A DNA stretch of 57,786 nucleotides from an uncultured Bifidobacteriaceae bacterium (GTDB lineage: Bacteria > Verrucomicrobiota > Verrucomicrobiia > Limisphaerales > UBA11358). Shown piece after piece: positions 34,981 through 43,215 of this stretch. Both the position numbers and the translations under genes were made by a program. The notes below the pieces were generated by a model. The model did no database searches, was not told the origin of the DNA, and was given only the letters and a program-made list of their open reading frames with translations. The stretch is taken from the NCBI GenBank assembly GCA_964538105.1, contig CAZIFP010000001.1, positions 1-57,786 of the forward strand, given 5' to 3'. The first letter of the stretch is position 1, and each line of letters begins with the position of its first letter.

Positions 34981-36222
34981 TTATTTCCACCTCCGAAAAA
35001 TGAGCGTGGCGTTCGCGCCGCCAAAGCCAAACGAGTTGGAGAGGGCGGATTCAATCTTCGCATCCATTGGTTCGCCCAAGATTTTAAAATGGCAGACGGG
35101 ATCGGGCGTGGTGATTGAAGCTTGCGGCGGCAGCCATTGACCGCGCAAGGCCATGAGACAAATGACGGCTTCCGCCGCGCCGGCCGCGCCGAGCAGATGC
35201 CCGCTGACGGATTTTGTGGAACTGACCCGCAAATGTTTCGCGCCGTCACCCGCCCAGCGATTGATGGCGGCGGCTTCGCTCGCATCATTGTGCGGGGTGG
35301 CCGTGCCGTGCGCGTTGAGGTAGTCAATTTGCCCCGGCAAAATTTTTGCGCTGGCGCAGGCAGCGGTCATCGCGGCCAAGGCCGCCTTGCCTTCGGGATG
35401 CGGTTGCGTGAGGTGATGCGTGTCGGTCGCCGTGCCGTAGCCGATGATTTCGCCCAGAATTTCCGCACCGCGTTCTCGTGCATGGCCGAGCGTTTCCAAA
35501 GTCAGGATGGCCGCGCCTTCACCCAGCGTGAGTCCGTCGCGCTGTGCGTCAAACGGACGACAGGGGGTGGTGGAAAGTGCCTGGAGCGAATCGAATCCGG
35601 CAAACGTCAACTGGCACAAGGTGTCGTAACCGCCGGTCAAAACTTTTTCCGCGCGTCCCTGCCGCAACATTTCCCAAGCATGGCCGATGGCATTTGCACC
35701 GGAGGCGCAGGCGTTGGAAATGGAGGTGAGCGGGCCTTGAAAGCCAAACGCGCTGCACAAGTTGAGCCCCTGCTGCTGCACCTGATAGTGCATGACACGC
35801 GTCGCCTGCTGCTTTTTCTGGAGTGGCATCTCGATGGCCTGCTGCAGAAATTTTTCGCCCAAAACCATTTCGCCGCTGGTTGTGCCGAGAACCACGGGCA
35901 AATCTTCCGCCGATTCCCAACCTGCCTGCGTCCACGCTTCGTGGGCGGCGTGCAACAGCATCCAGGTGGCGCGATCCAGCCGGCGCAAGGTGTTCGCGGA
36001 AAGTTTGGTTTGCGGAAGTTCGGAAGGTAAATCAATCTCCGCCGCGATTTTGGCACGTTGCCGTGAAACATCAAACAGCGTCACGGGACGAATGGCGGGG
36101 CGCCCGGCACGAAACCCTTCGGCATTGAGACGACAGCCGACGCCGAGCGCAGTGACAATGCCCGCGCCGGTCACGACGACGCGATGGGGCCGGACGGGAG
36201 ATTTTGGGTGAGGAAACAGCAA
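34981..36222 (-). CDS. beta-ketoacyl-ACP synthase (FabF/KAS II-like)
   Basis: The catalytic triad contexts are ISNACASGANAIGHA, YLNAHGTATPHND and STKSVSGHLLGAAG. The track ORF extends to 36342 and would overlap the radical SAM gene. A TTG at 36222, 7 nt after that gene's stop, gives a standard ~413 aa. The exact start is uncertain. Confidence 0.88.
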   Translation of the reverse strand: MLFPHPKSPVRPHRVVVTGAGIVTALGVGCRLNAEGFRAGRPAIRPVTLFDVSRQRAKIAAEIDLPSELPQTKLSANTLRRLDRATWMLLHAAHEAWTQAGWESAEDLPVVLGTTSGEMVLGEKFLQQAIEMPLQKKQQATRVMHYQVQQQGLNLCSAFGFQGPLTSISNACASGANAIGHAWEMLRQGRAEKVLTGGYDTLCQLTFAGFDSLQALSTTPCRPFDAQRDGLTLGEGAAILTLETLGHARERGAEILGEIIGYGTATDTHHLTQPHPEGKAALAAMTAACASAKILPGQIDYLNAHGTATPHNDASEAAAINRWAGDGAKHLRVSSTKSVSGHLLGAAGAAEAVICLMALRGQWLPPQASITTPDPVCHFKILGEPMDAKIESALSNSFGFGGANATLIFRRWK

Positions 36223-36229
36223 GCGCGCC

Positions 36230-37354
36230 TCAAGTTTGAATTGCGGTTTCGGAAATGGTTTCGGTCGTGACCTTACCGGCGTTCTTGTCCCGGTAAAATT
36301 CCGCGAGTCCTGATTTCGACGGCGCGAGTCCTTCGGCGGCAATCGCCGCCAGCACCCGTTCCTCGGTCATGATGAAACGGTCGCGTTTGTAGATGACGTA
36401 ATCCCCGCGCACATCGGTCGGCGTCAAATTGATCGTCACGAGGTTCGCGCCGGCGCACAGGCCGCGCCGGTAGCCATCCTGGGCGGCAAGGTTGAACGCA
36501 CTGACGGCGGGAATCACCCAGTCCGGACGCATCATCCGCAGGGCGCTGACACAATTAAAAGTCCAGTCGGAGTTTGCCGTCGGATTCCCGGCCAGCGGCG
36601 TGTCCTCGCCCGGAATGAACGGGCTGACGCTGCATCCGCTCAACGGCAGCGAACGGGCCAGCTCCAGATTTTTAAGCAAATCGCGCGGCGTCTGGCCCGG
36701 CAGCCCGGCGATGAAGCCGGAACTGACGTTCCATTTATTTTCCGCGAGGAGACGGACATGCCGCAACCGTTCCGCCAAAGTGCCGGGCGCTTCGAACTGC
36801 TCGTATTGCGCGGCATTACCGGTCTCAAACTTCATGATGAAAATGCTCGCGCCGGCGGCTCGCAGTTCGGCATAAAGTTCTGGCGACAGTGTTCCCAGAC
36901 AGACGCTGATGCCGAGCGATGTTTTCCGCCTCAAGGTCTCGATGAGCGGCAGCACGACTTCACGCACCGCCACCGGGTCTTCACCCGTCTGAATGTTCAC
37001 GTCCGTCACGCTCGCGGGACGATGCTCAATCAGGAGTTCGGCGATTTGCTCGGCCCGCGCGCGGTAGCGGGCGAGGCTGCGATTATCACGGCGCATTCCG
37101 CAGTAGGCGCAGTTTTCGCGGCAGAAATTTGAAACCTCGACGACGGCGCGCACAAACACTTTTTTGCCGAACACCTTCCGGGTCACGGCGGCGGCGCGTT
37201 CATGGAACATCACTTGCGCCGCGCCGGTCAAAGCGAGTTCCGACTCCGTGGGAAAATATCCATGACTTGCCACTCGCAAATAATAATAGGCGGAGGGTTC
37301 CGACGCAACCAGTGGGGAAAACACCCCATGGCCATGAACCGAAAGCCGGCTCAA
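36230..37354 (-). CDS. radical SAM enzyme, BioB/HydE/ThiH-like subfamily
   Basis: The CX3CX2C cluster is CRENCAYC within VVEVSNFCRENCAYCGMRRDN. The segment SSGFIAGLPGQTPRDLL resembles the HydE/BioB-type GxIxGxPGQT segment. TIM-barrel length is 374 aa. Confidence 0.85.
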   Translation of the reverse strand: MSRLSVHGHGVFSPLVASEPSAYYYLRVASHGYFPTESELALTGAAQVMFHERAAAVTRKVFGKKVFVRAVVEVSNFCRENCAYCGMRRDNRSLARYRARAEQIAELLIEHRPASVTDVNIQTGEDPVAVREVVLPLIETLRRKTSLGISVCLGTLSPELYAELRAAGASIFIMKFETGNAAQYEQFEAPGTLAERLRHVRLLAENKWNVSSGFIAGLPGQTPRDLLKNLELARSLPLSGCSVSPFIPGEDTPLAGNPTANSDWTFNCVSALRMMRPDWVIPAVSAFNLAAQDGYRRGLCAGANLVTINLTPTDVRGDYVIYKRDRFIMTEERVLAAIAAEGLAPSKSGLAEFYRDKNAGKVTTETISETAIQT

Positions 37355-37377
37355 CTTCCAGGTGCTGGCGGAAGAAG

Positions 37378-38133
37378 TTATTTACGCGCCTGCAAAACGA
37401 TGCGCGCGCCGTGATAACGCCACACGTTTGCCCCGGGGATTTCCGCCCGTGCCGCCAGTGCGCGCCATTCGTTCAGGCGAAAACCACGCTGCACCGAAAT
37501 CAGACCATCTTCAATAATGGTCCGGTCTGCGCGCATTAGGTGCAGCGCCAGCCAGACCAGAGCGTAAAGCCCGGCGTTGCGGTGCAGGTCGCAGATGAAA
37601 ATGGCGTCGCGGGTCACCCGCCATGCCTCACGCCAGTGCGTGACGACCTGTTCGTCCGTCAGATGATGCGTCATTTGTGAGGCGACGACAAGATCAAAGC
37701 TGCCATCGGCGAACGGCAATTGCAGCGCCGAACCCACGACGCCGTCCGGCAGGCCGCCAATTTTTAGCGCCACCGGGTTCGTGTCCAGATTGGTGAAATG
37801 CCAGTGCCAACCGCGCTGCTGTGCCCATTCTGCCAATGTTTTTCCAAGCAACCCTGTGCCCGCGCCCACGTCGAGAATCTCCAGCCGTTCACAATTTATT
37901 TTGCCAAGCCACTGCGGCAACACGGCTTCAAATGGATGCGAGAAGCGAAAGAGAACATTGACGCGGTTGAGATCGCGGAACGAAGCGGCAATCTCCGCCT
38001 CGGTGCGTTCAGGGAGGTCAAAATATTCCGTCTGCGTTGAACGATGGCTCAAAAACATAATTCTCATCAAGAGAAACACGGATGCAACTTCAGTTCCAGT
38101 CACAAACGTCGTTGCAAACCCAGGCCGCCACAT
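37378..38133 (-). CDS. class I SAM-dependent methyltransferase
   Basis: Motif I is LEILDVGAGTGLLG, with an acidic loop and motif post-I present. The start may be the internal MRIMFL/MFLSH (38067/38058). Confidence 0.8.
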   Translation of the reverse strand: MWRPGFATTFVTGTEVASVFLLMRIMFLSHRSTQTEYFDLPERTEAEIAASFRDLNRVNVLFRFSHPFEAVLPQWLGKINCERLEILDVGAGTGLLGKTLAEWAQQRGWHWHFTNLDTNPVALKIGGLPDGVVGSALQLPFADGSFDLVVASQMTHHLTDEQVVTHWREAWRVTRDAIFICDLHRNAGLYALVWLALHLMRADRTIIEDGLISVQRGFRLNEWRALAARAEIPGANVWRYHGARIVLQARK

Positions 38134-38151
38134 TTGATCGCCGGACTTAAT

Positions 38152-39000
38152 TCAGAGAAAATCTTTTCCATCGGGCAAGGTGAAAACGTAGCCGTCCGCC
38201 GTCAGCCGGGTCAAAACGGTTTCGGCCAGGATCAAATTGATCGGACGCCTCTGCCGGTCGCGCCGGCCTTCGTGCAACAAAATGATCGCGCCGGGTTGGA
38301 TGGATTTGCAGATCCGGCCGGCCATGGCTTCGGTGTTGTGAAGCAATCCGTCAAATCCGCGCGCCGACCAGCCGATGAGCTTCAGGTTCCGGTCGCACAA
38401 TAAAAAGTGCAGAAATAGGTTGGCCATGCCCGCCGGTGCGCGAAACCACCGTGGTGGTTCACCGGTGGCATCGAGGAGGGTTTTGGTGCAGTCATCAATC
38501 TCCCGCGTCAGCCGGGTTTGGAGATAACACCAGAAAAATAGAACCGGATGGTTCCGGGTGTGATTGGCCAGCGTGTGACCCTCACGCAAGATCGCCCGTG
38601 CCAGTTCGGGATATTTTTGAACCTGCCGGCCGATGACAAAAAAGGTTGCCCGCGCGTTGTGCATTTTCAGCAGCTTGAGCAATGCCGGCGTGTCTTCGGG
38701 ATGCGGCCCGTCATCAAAGGTCAGCCAGACGGCCTTTTTTTGCGTGCGAAAGCGGGTAACGACCGGGCCAAACCAGCGGCAGTTGGCGCGAATGGCCGGA
38801 TAAACAATCAGAAATTTGGTGGCCAGTTCCAGGGTGATAAAAATCAGTTTGTGATTCCAATTGAGGGCAATGAGCACGGGCGTGGTCGCTCCAACGGCGA
38901 GAATCAGAATCAGCGCCAACCGGCGGCGTGTAAAAAACCAGCGGCCCAACCTGGTCAGACTGGCATCGGGCGCGACGCTGATGTTTTTGTCCTGTGACAT
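38152..39000 (-). CDS. polysaccharide deacetylase (NodB homology domain, CE4) with N-terminal membrane anchor
   Basis: CE4 motif 1 is LTFDDGPHPEDTP. Motif 2 is NHTRNH, within GHTLANHTRNHP. Two N-terminal hydrophobic helices are present. Confidence 0.85.
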   Translation of the reverse strand: MSQDKNISVAPDASLTRLGRWFFTRRRLALILILAVGATTPVLIALNWNHKLIFITLELATKFLIVYPAIRANCRWFGPVVTRFRTQKKAVWLTFDDGPHPEDTPALLKLLKMHNARATFFVIGRQVQKYPELARAILREGHTLANHTRNHPVLFFWCYLQTRLTREIDDCTKTLLDATGEPPRWFRAPAGMANLFLHFLLCDRNLKLIGWSARGFDGLLHNTEAMAGRICKSIQPGAIILLHEGRRDRQRRPINLILAETVLTRLTADGYVFTLPDGKDFL

Positions 39001-39009
39001 GAGGATTGA

Positions 39010-39780
39010 TCAGAGAATTTTCCGCCCGTGTTTGGCACGCTGCCGCAATTTCCAAATCCGTTTCATCTGCGGCAACATCTCCAGCACCAAAAGCGTGTGC
39101 CGCCGGATGAGCAGCAAATTGTCCCGCAGATAATGGAAGTGGGAGGTTCCGCCCTCGGCCGGTTTGAAATAGTGGACCGGCGCGGGTAGGTTGACCGGCG
39201 GGACGCCGGCCCAAAAAAGCCGCACGGCAAGTTCGGTGTCGAAATCAAAACGCCGCGCGCTGCGGATGCCTTGCAGGATGCGCACCGATTCCTGAATGGG
39301 ATAAACCCGAAAACCAAACAATGAATCTTCGATTCCGCCCCAAAAGGTTTCCAGATTAGCCCACCAGTTTCCCACGCGCCGGCCGTGCCGACGCGATGCC
39401 GGCGCGTCGGCGGCAAATTGCGGCACGCCCAAAATCATGGCGGCGGGATTTTTCTGCGAGGCCGACATGAACTGGGGAATATCGGCCACCGAATGCTGCC
39501 CATCCGCGTCCAGCACCAGCGCATGGGTGAAACCCTCCCGGCTGGCTGCGAGCATTGCGTGTAACACCGCCGCGCCCTTTCCAGAATTTCGTTCCAGGGT
39601 TAAAACCCGCAGCCCGGCTCCGTCAATTTCGGCCACAGCCGCCGCACTGCCGTCGGTGCTGCCGTCCATCACGACCCAAACCGGCTGCCAGCAAGCCAAT
39701 GCCTGTCTCACCGTTTCGGCGAGTTTGCCTCCCGCATTGTAACTGGGGATGACAACCAAATGCGTCGGACTCGTCGTCAT
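39010..39780 (-). CDS. family 2 glycosyltransferase
   Basis: VVIPSYNAGGKL, MDGSTDGS and a DxD-like LVLDADGQH are typical of the GT2 GT-A fold. It overlaps the upstream acyltransferase by 4 nt. Confidence 0.85.
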   Translation of the reverse strand: MTTSPTHLVVIPSYNAGGKLAETVRQALACWQPVWVVMDGSTDGSAAAVAEIDGAGLRVLTLERNSGKGAAVLHAMLAASREGFTHALVLDADGQHSVADIPQFMSASQKNPAAMILGVPQFAADAPASRRHGRRVGNWWANLETFWGGIEDSLFGFRVYPIQESVRILQGIRSARRFDFDTELAVRLFWAGVPPVNLPAPVHYFKPAEGGTSHFHYLRDNLLLIRRHTLLVLEMLPQMKRIWKLRQRAKHGRKIL

Positions 39781-40589
39781 TTGTTTTGAATCGCTGTTAA
39801 ACTGTTCTCCTCGGATGGTAAAAGTCTTTCCCGAAAATAATTTTCCACCCGGCCGCCGAATGTTTTCGCGTCCTCGCCCGGTGCCGGCTGAAATCGCTGG
39901 CCCAGCCGCAGCGAATAATGCAGCGGAAACGCCGGTCGCTTAAAAAGCGGCCTGCCTTTGCCCAGAAAGTTGGTGTCTGTAGTAATGAAAACGGTTTGCA
40001 CGGGTGACCGGGTCAAAACCGCGACCAATGCGAAACCCATTTTGAAGGGCAGCAATCTTCCGCCTAAAGTTCGCGTGCCTTCTGGAAACACCAGCAAGCT
40101 GGCCCCTTCCTGCAGCCGCTCCTCACATTTTTTGACCAGGCCCAAGCCCGATTTATTGTGGACATACCCGGCCAGCCGCGCCGTTCCCGACAAAACAATG
40201 TTGCGCGCCAAACTTCCCTTCATCAGGCAGACAGTCTGCGGCATTTGCGAAACCATCAGCACCACGTCCAGCAGGCAGGGATGATTTGCCGCCACGATCA
40301 ATCCGCCAAATTCGCGCAGACCCGACAACTCGCTCGTGTCCAGTTCCACCAATCCAAACGCGCGCATATAGCCCACAAAAAACCGGAACAGCTTGTGGAT
40401 CAGTTTTTGTCCGAACCCGCGTGCACGCGCTCCACGAAATAAAACCGCAGGAACCATGCAAATCACGCTGACCAGCGAACCGACCACCGCAAACATCAAA
40501 TACGCCCCATAAAAGGCTGCGGTTTGCAAAACGCCTTTGAACCAGTTTTTCGTGTGTGTCGTCATCCGCCAAAAAATCATGTTTTGCAA
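39777..40589 (-). CDS. lysophospholipid/1-acyl-glycerol-3-phosphate acyltransferase family protein (PlsC-like)
   Basis: The HX4D motif is ANHPCLLD and the FPEGTRT motif is present, with an N-terminal TM helix. It is the first gene of the minus-strand operon 40589->33539. Confidence 0.85.
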   Translation of the reverse strand: MQNMIFWRMTTHTKNWFKGVLQTAAFYGAYLMFAVVGSLVSVICMVPAVLFRGARARGFGQKLIHKLFRFFVGYMRAFGLVELDTSELSGLREFGGLIVAANHPCLLDVVLMVSQMPQTVCLMKGSLARNIVLSGTARLAGYVHNKSGLGLVKKCEERLQEGASLLVFPEGTRTLGGRLLPFKMGFALVAVLTRSPVQTVFITTDTNFLGKGRPLFKRPAFPLHYSLRLGQRFQPAPGEDAKTFGGRVENYFRERLLPSEENSLTAIQNK

Positions 40590-40719
40590 TCCGGCGACGC
40601 CAGCCTGCGTTTCTGGAATGCGCTTTTCAAGATTGAAGTTTATTCTGCCACGCTGCCGCGTTCATTTCTCGAAATTCTGCTTGCGTGCCACCGCCGGGGA
40701 AAATCATGCTGTGGTTGAA

Positions 40720-41088
40720 ATGCCGCCGACATCAGATCCAGCACCGATTCCCGCCGCGCGCCGGAAGTTGTGGCTCCAAAAAATCACCTGGTTTTTAATC
40801 GCCTCGATGCTGCTGGGCTGGTTTTACGGCTGGGCTTCGCCCCGGGCTTTTCCGAAAGACGCATCGTTCGGTTTTGGCTATGGCATGATGCACGGGGCGC
40901 TCATGCCGATGGCGTTGCCGAGCTTGATTCTCGGACAGAACGTCGAAATTTTTGCGCCGGAAAATACCGGGTGCAACTATAAAATCGGCTTCATTCTTGG
41001 CATCAATGCCTGCGGCTTGGTTTTTTTTGGACCGCTGGTCTGGCGCCCGCGAGTTGATTCGAAGAATCAAAAAAACCAAGAGCGGTAA
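40720..41088 (+). CDS. small hypothetical membrane protein
   Basis: A 122-aa ORF from MPPTSDP with three hydrophobic segments and host-like codon pattern. I recognise no homology. It overlaps the convergent gene end by 22 nt. Confidence 0.4.
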   Translation: MPPTSDPAPIPAARRKLWLQKITWFLIASMLLGWFYGWASPRAFPKDASFGFGYGMMHGALMPMALPSLILGQNVEIFAPENTGCNYKIGFILGINACGLVFFGPLVWRPRVDSKNQKNQER

Positions 41089-41813
41089 ATGTGGCTGACG
41101 TTCAGCTCGCCGCCGGGCCAGCACGAATTTGGCAAAAGAAAAAAAGTCCGCGACGCCCGGTCGAATGTGAGCCGCTCCGGTTCTTCGGCATTGTTCGGGT
41201 CGTAGGATTCAAATTCCCAGCCACCTCCGGTTTCCGTCGCGCCGAACAAAACGATGCAATGATTGATGGTCAGCGCCGGAAATTTCACCAGATGAACGAT
41301 GGGCAGGCGATTTTTTTTAAGCGCGGCGGCCAATGCCGCAGCGGTGCGCGTCTGGTGCGCGCGGGAAAACGGGAAAATCATACGCCAGTGGCTTCGCAAA
41401 AAATACGAGCGCCACGCGCCGCCGCATTCAATCTTCAAAAGATTTTCCTGCGCCCGGCTGAATTCCCGCAGACTTGCAAAGCCGGGAATGATAATCTGTT
41501 CGTCGGGTTTGCTGGCAATTCGTGGGTGGCGGGCAATGACGGCGCGAACGAGTTGCTGATAGATTTCATCGGTCGCAACCGGCCGGTCCGCCGCAAACCG
41601 CGCGTGGTAAAAAAACTGCCGCGCCACGCGCGCGAGGGCGAAGCAACGATGGGCGTATTCCGGTTTCGGGTCGCACGAACTCAAAGTCCGTTTGCCCGTC
41701 GCCGCGTCCATCTGGTATTCCCACACCAATTCGTTCGCAAAGGCGAAGCTGTCGCGCGCGAATTCGAAACGTCGCCCGTTGGTTTCGCTTAAATTTGTTT
41801 TCGCCAAAATCAT
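41067..41813 (-). CDS. hypothetical protein (conserved Cys and His candidates; possible papain-fold acyl hydrolase/transferase)
   Basis: A 248-aa protein from MILAKTNLSE (ATG 41813..41811). The longer track ORF would overlap the divergent adenylating enzyme gene. It contains PEYAHRCFALARV and LTINHCIVLFG...ESYDPNN. No family was recognised with confidence. Confidence 0.5.
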   Translation of the reverse strand: MILAKTNLSETNGRRFEFARDSFAFANELVWEYQMDAATGKRTLSSCDPKPEYAHRCFALARVARQFFYHARFAADRPVATDEIYQQLVRAVIARHPRIASKPDEQIIIPGFASLREFSRAQENLLKIECGGAWRSYFLRSHWRMIFPFSRAHQTRTAAALAAALKKNRLPIVHLVKFPALTINHCIVLFGATETGGGWEFESYDPNNAEEPERLTFDRASRTFFLLPNSCWPGGELNVSHIYRSWFF

Positions 41814-41858
41814 CAATTCGCTTGCGTCTGAAGTTAAGGGTGCGCTACCAAACTGACA

Positions 41859-43118
41859 ATGCTTTACGAACGGTGGCGGCAAATTTCGGCAGAACGGCGC
41901 AATGAACCTGCGCTGCGCGATGTCGCTTCCGCCAAACGCTGGACATTCGGCGAACTGTTTTCTGCCGGCGAAAAACAAATAACTGGCCCGGCCGGCGTGG
42001 CCTTTCCGCAAGGCCATTCGCCGGAATTTATCTTCGGTTTGCTCGCCGCATGGCGCGAAAACAAAATCGTCTGCCCGCTCGAAGCTGGACAATCTCCGCC
42101 CGAAATTTCCTCACCGCCGGCAAATTGTGTTCACCTCAAATCCACGTCAGCCACCGGCGGCTCGGCTCGGTTCGTCGCCTTCACTGCGGAACAGCTCATG
42201 GCCGACGAGAAGAACATTGTCGCCACCATGTGGCTGCGACCGGACTGGCCGAACCTCGGAGTCATTTCGCTGGCGCATTCCTACGGGTTTTCCAATCTGG
42301 TTCTGCCGCTGCTGTTGCACGGCATACCGCTGATTCTTGCACCGGCGCCGCTGCCGGAGGTCATCCGCCGCGCCGCGGAAGCCGAAAGGTTCATCACGCT
42401 CCCCGCCGTGCCGGCGATGTGGCGTGCGTGGCACATGGCGGGAGCGATTCCGCAAAACGTGCGGCTGGCGATTTCCGCCGGGGCACCGTTGCCGGTGAAT
42501 CTGGAGCAGGAAGTTTTCAATGTGCACGGAATCAAGATTCACAATTTTCTCGGCTCCTCCGAATGCGGCGGCATTGCTTACGACACCAGCGAAACGCCGC
42601 GCACCGAAGCGGCGTTCGTTGGACTGCCGATGCAAAATGTAAATCTGTCGCTCAACGATGATGGTTGTCTGGTGGTTCACAGCCGTGCGGTGGCGGAAAC
42701 TTACTGGCCGGAAACATCCGGTTCACTCGGCGACGGCATTTTTCAGACGAGCGATCTGGCGGAATTGAAAGACGGCGCGGTTTTTCTGCGCGGTCGTCTG
42801 GGCGATCAAATCAACGTGGCCGGACGCAAGGTGTCTCCGGAAACCATCGAGCGCGCGCTGCTCGCGCATCCACAGGTGCGCGAGTGCTTGGTTTTTGGCG
42901 TGCCCAGCCGCGATGCGGAGCGAAAGGAAATCATCGTCGCCGTCGTCGCATCGGATGCGAAGGAATCCGAATTGAAACATTTCCTGTTGCAAACCTTGCC
43001 CGCGTGGCAGGTGCCGCGCGAATGGCGGTTTGTTGAATCGCTTTCGTCAAACATTCGCGGGAAAATCTCCCGCGCCGAATGGCGGAAACGATTTACACAT
43101 TGTAGCGGCAGTCTATGA
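41859..43118 (+). CDS. AMP-dependent synthetase/ligase (short adenylate-forming enzyme, acyl/aryl-ACP ligase-like)
   Basis: Adenylation core motifs are present: LKSTSATGGSARF (a variant of the TSGTTGxPK loop), GSSECGG, FQTSDLAE, LRGRLGDQINVAGRKVSPETIE, and a C-terminal RGKISR. At 419 aa it is shorter than the >500 aa I recall as typical for fatty acyl-CoA ligases. Confidence 0.8.
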   Translation: MLYERWRQISAERRNEPALRDVASAKRWTFGELFSAGEKQITGPAGVAFPQGHSPEFIFGLLAAWRENKIVCPLEAGQSPPEISSPPANCVHLKSTSATGGSARFVAFTAEQLMADEKNIVATMWLRPDWPNLGVISLAHSYGFSNLVLPLLLHGIPLILAPAPLPEVIRRAAEAERFITLPAVPAMWRAWHMAGAIPQNVRLAISAGAPLPVNLEQEVFNVHGIKIHNFLGSSECGGIAYDTSETPRTEAAFVGLPMQNVNLSLNDDGCLVVHSRAVAETYWPETSGSLGDGIFQTSDLAELKDGAVFLRGRLGDQINVAGRKVSPETIERALLAHPQVRECLVFGVPSRDAERKEIIVAVVASDAKESELKHFLLQTLPAWQVPREWRFVESLSSNIRGKISRAEWRKRFTHCSGSL

Positions 43119-43150
43119 CTGCCAAAACGACGCTCACAGAGCGCCGCTAC
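43101..43150. repeat. REP-like nested palindrome overlapping the stop codon of the adenylating enzyme gene
   Basis: Outer arms are tgtagcggc (43101-43109) / gccgctaca (43142-43150). The inner perfect hairpin is ggcagtc-tat-gactgcc (43107-43123). The last residues HCSGSL* of the upstream CDS are encoded by the element. Confidence 0.5.
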
Positions 43151-43215
43151 AGCTAATGGCCCGCGTTTGAACTTGCTTTGTTCCGCCGCGCCAATTATTC
43201 GGGAGCGGTCTTTTT

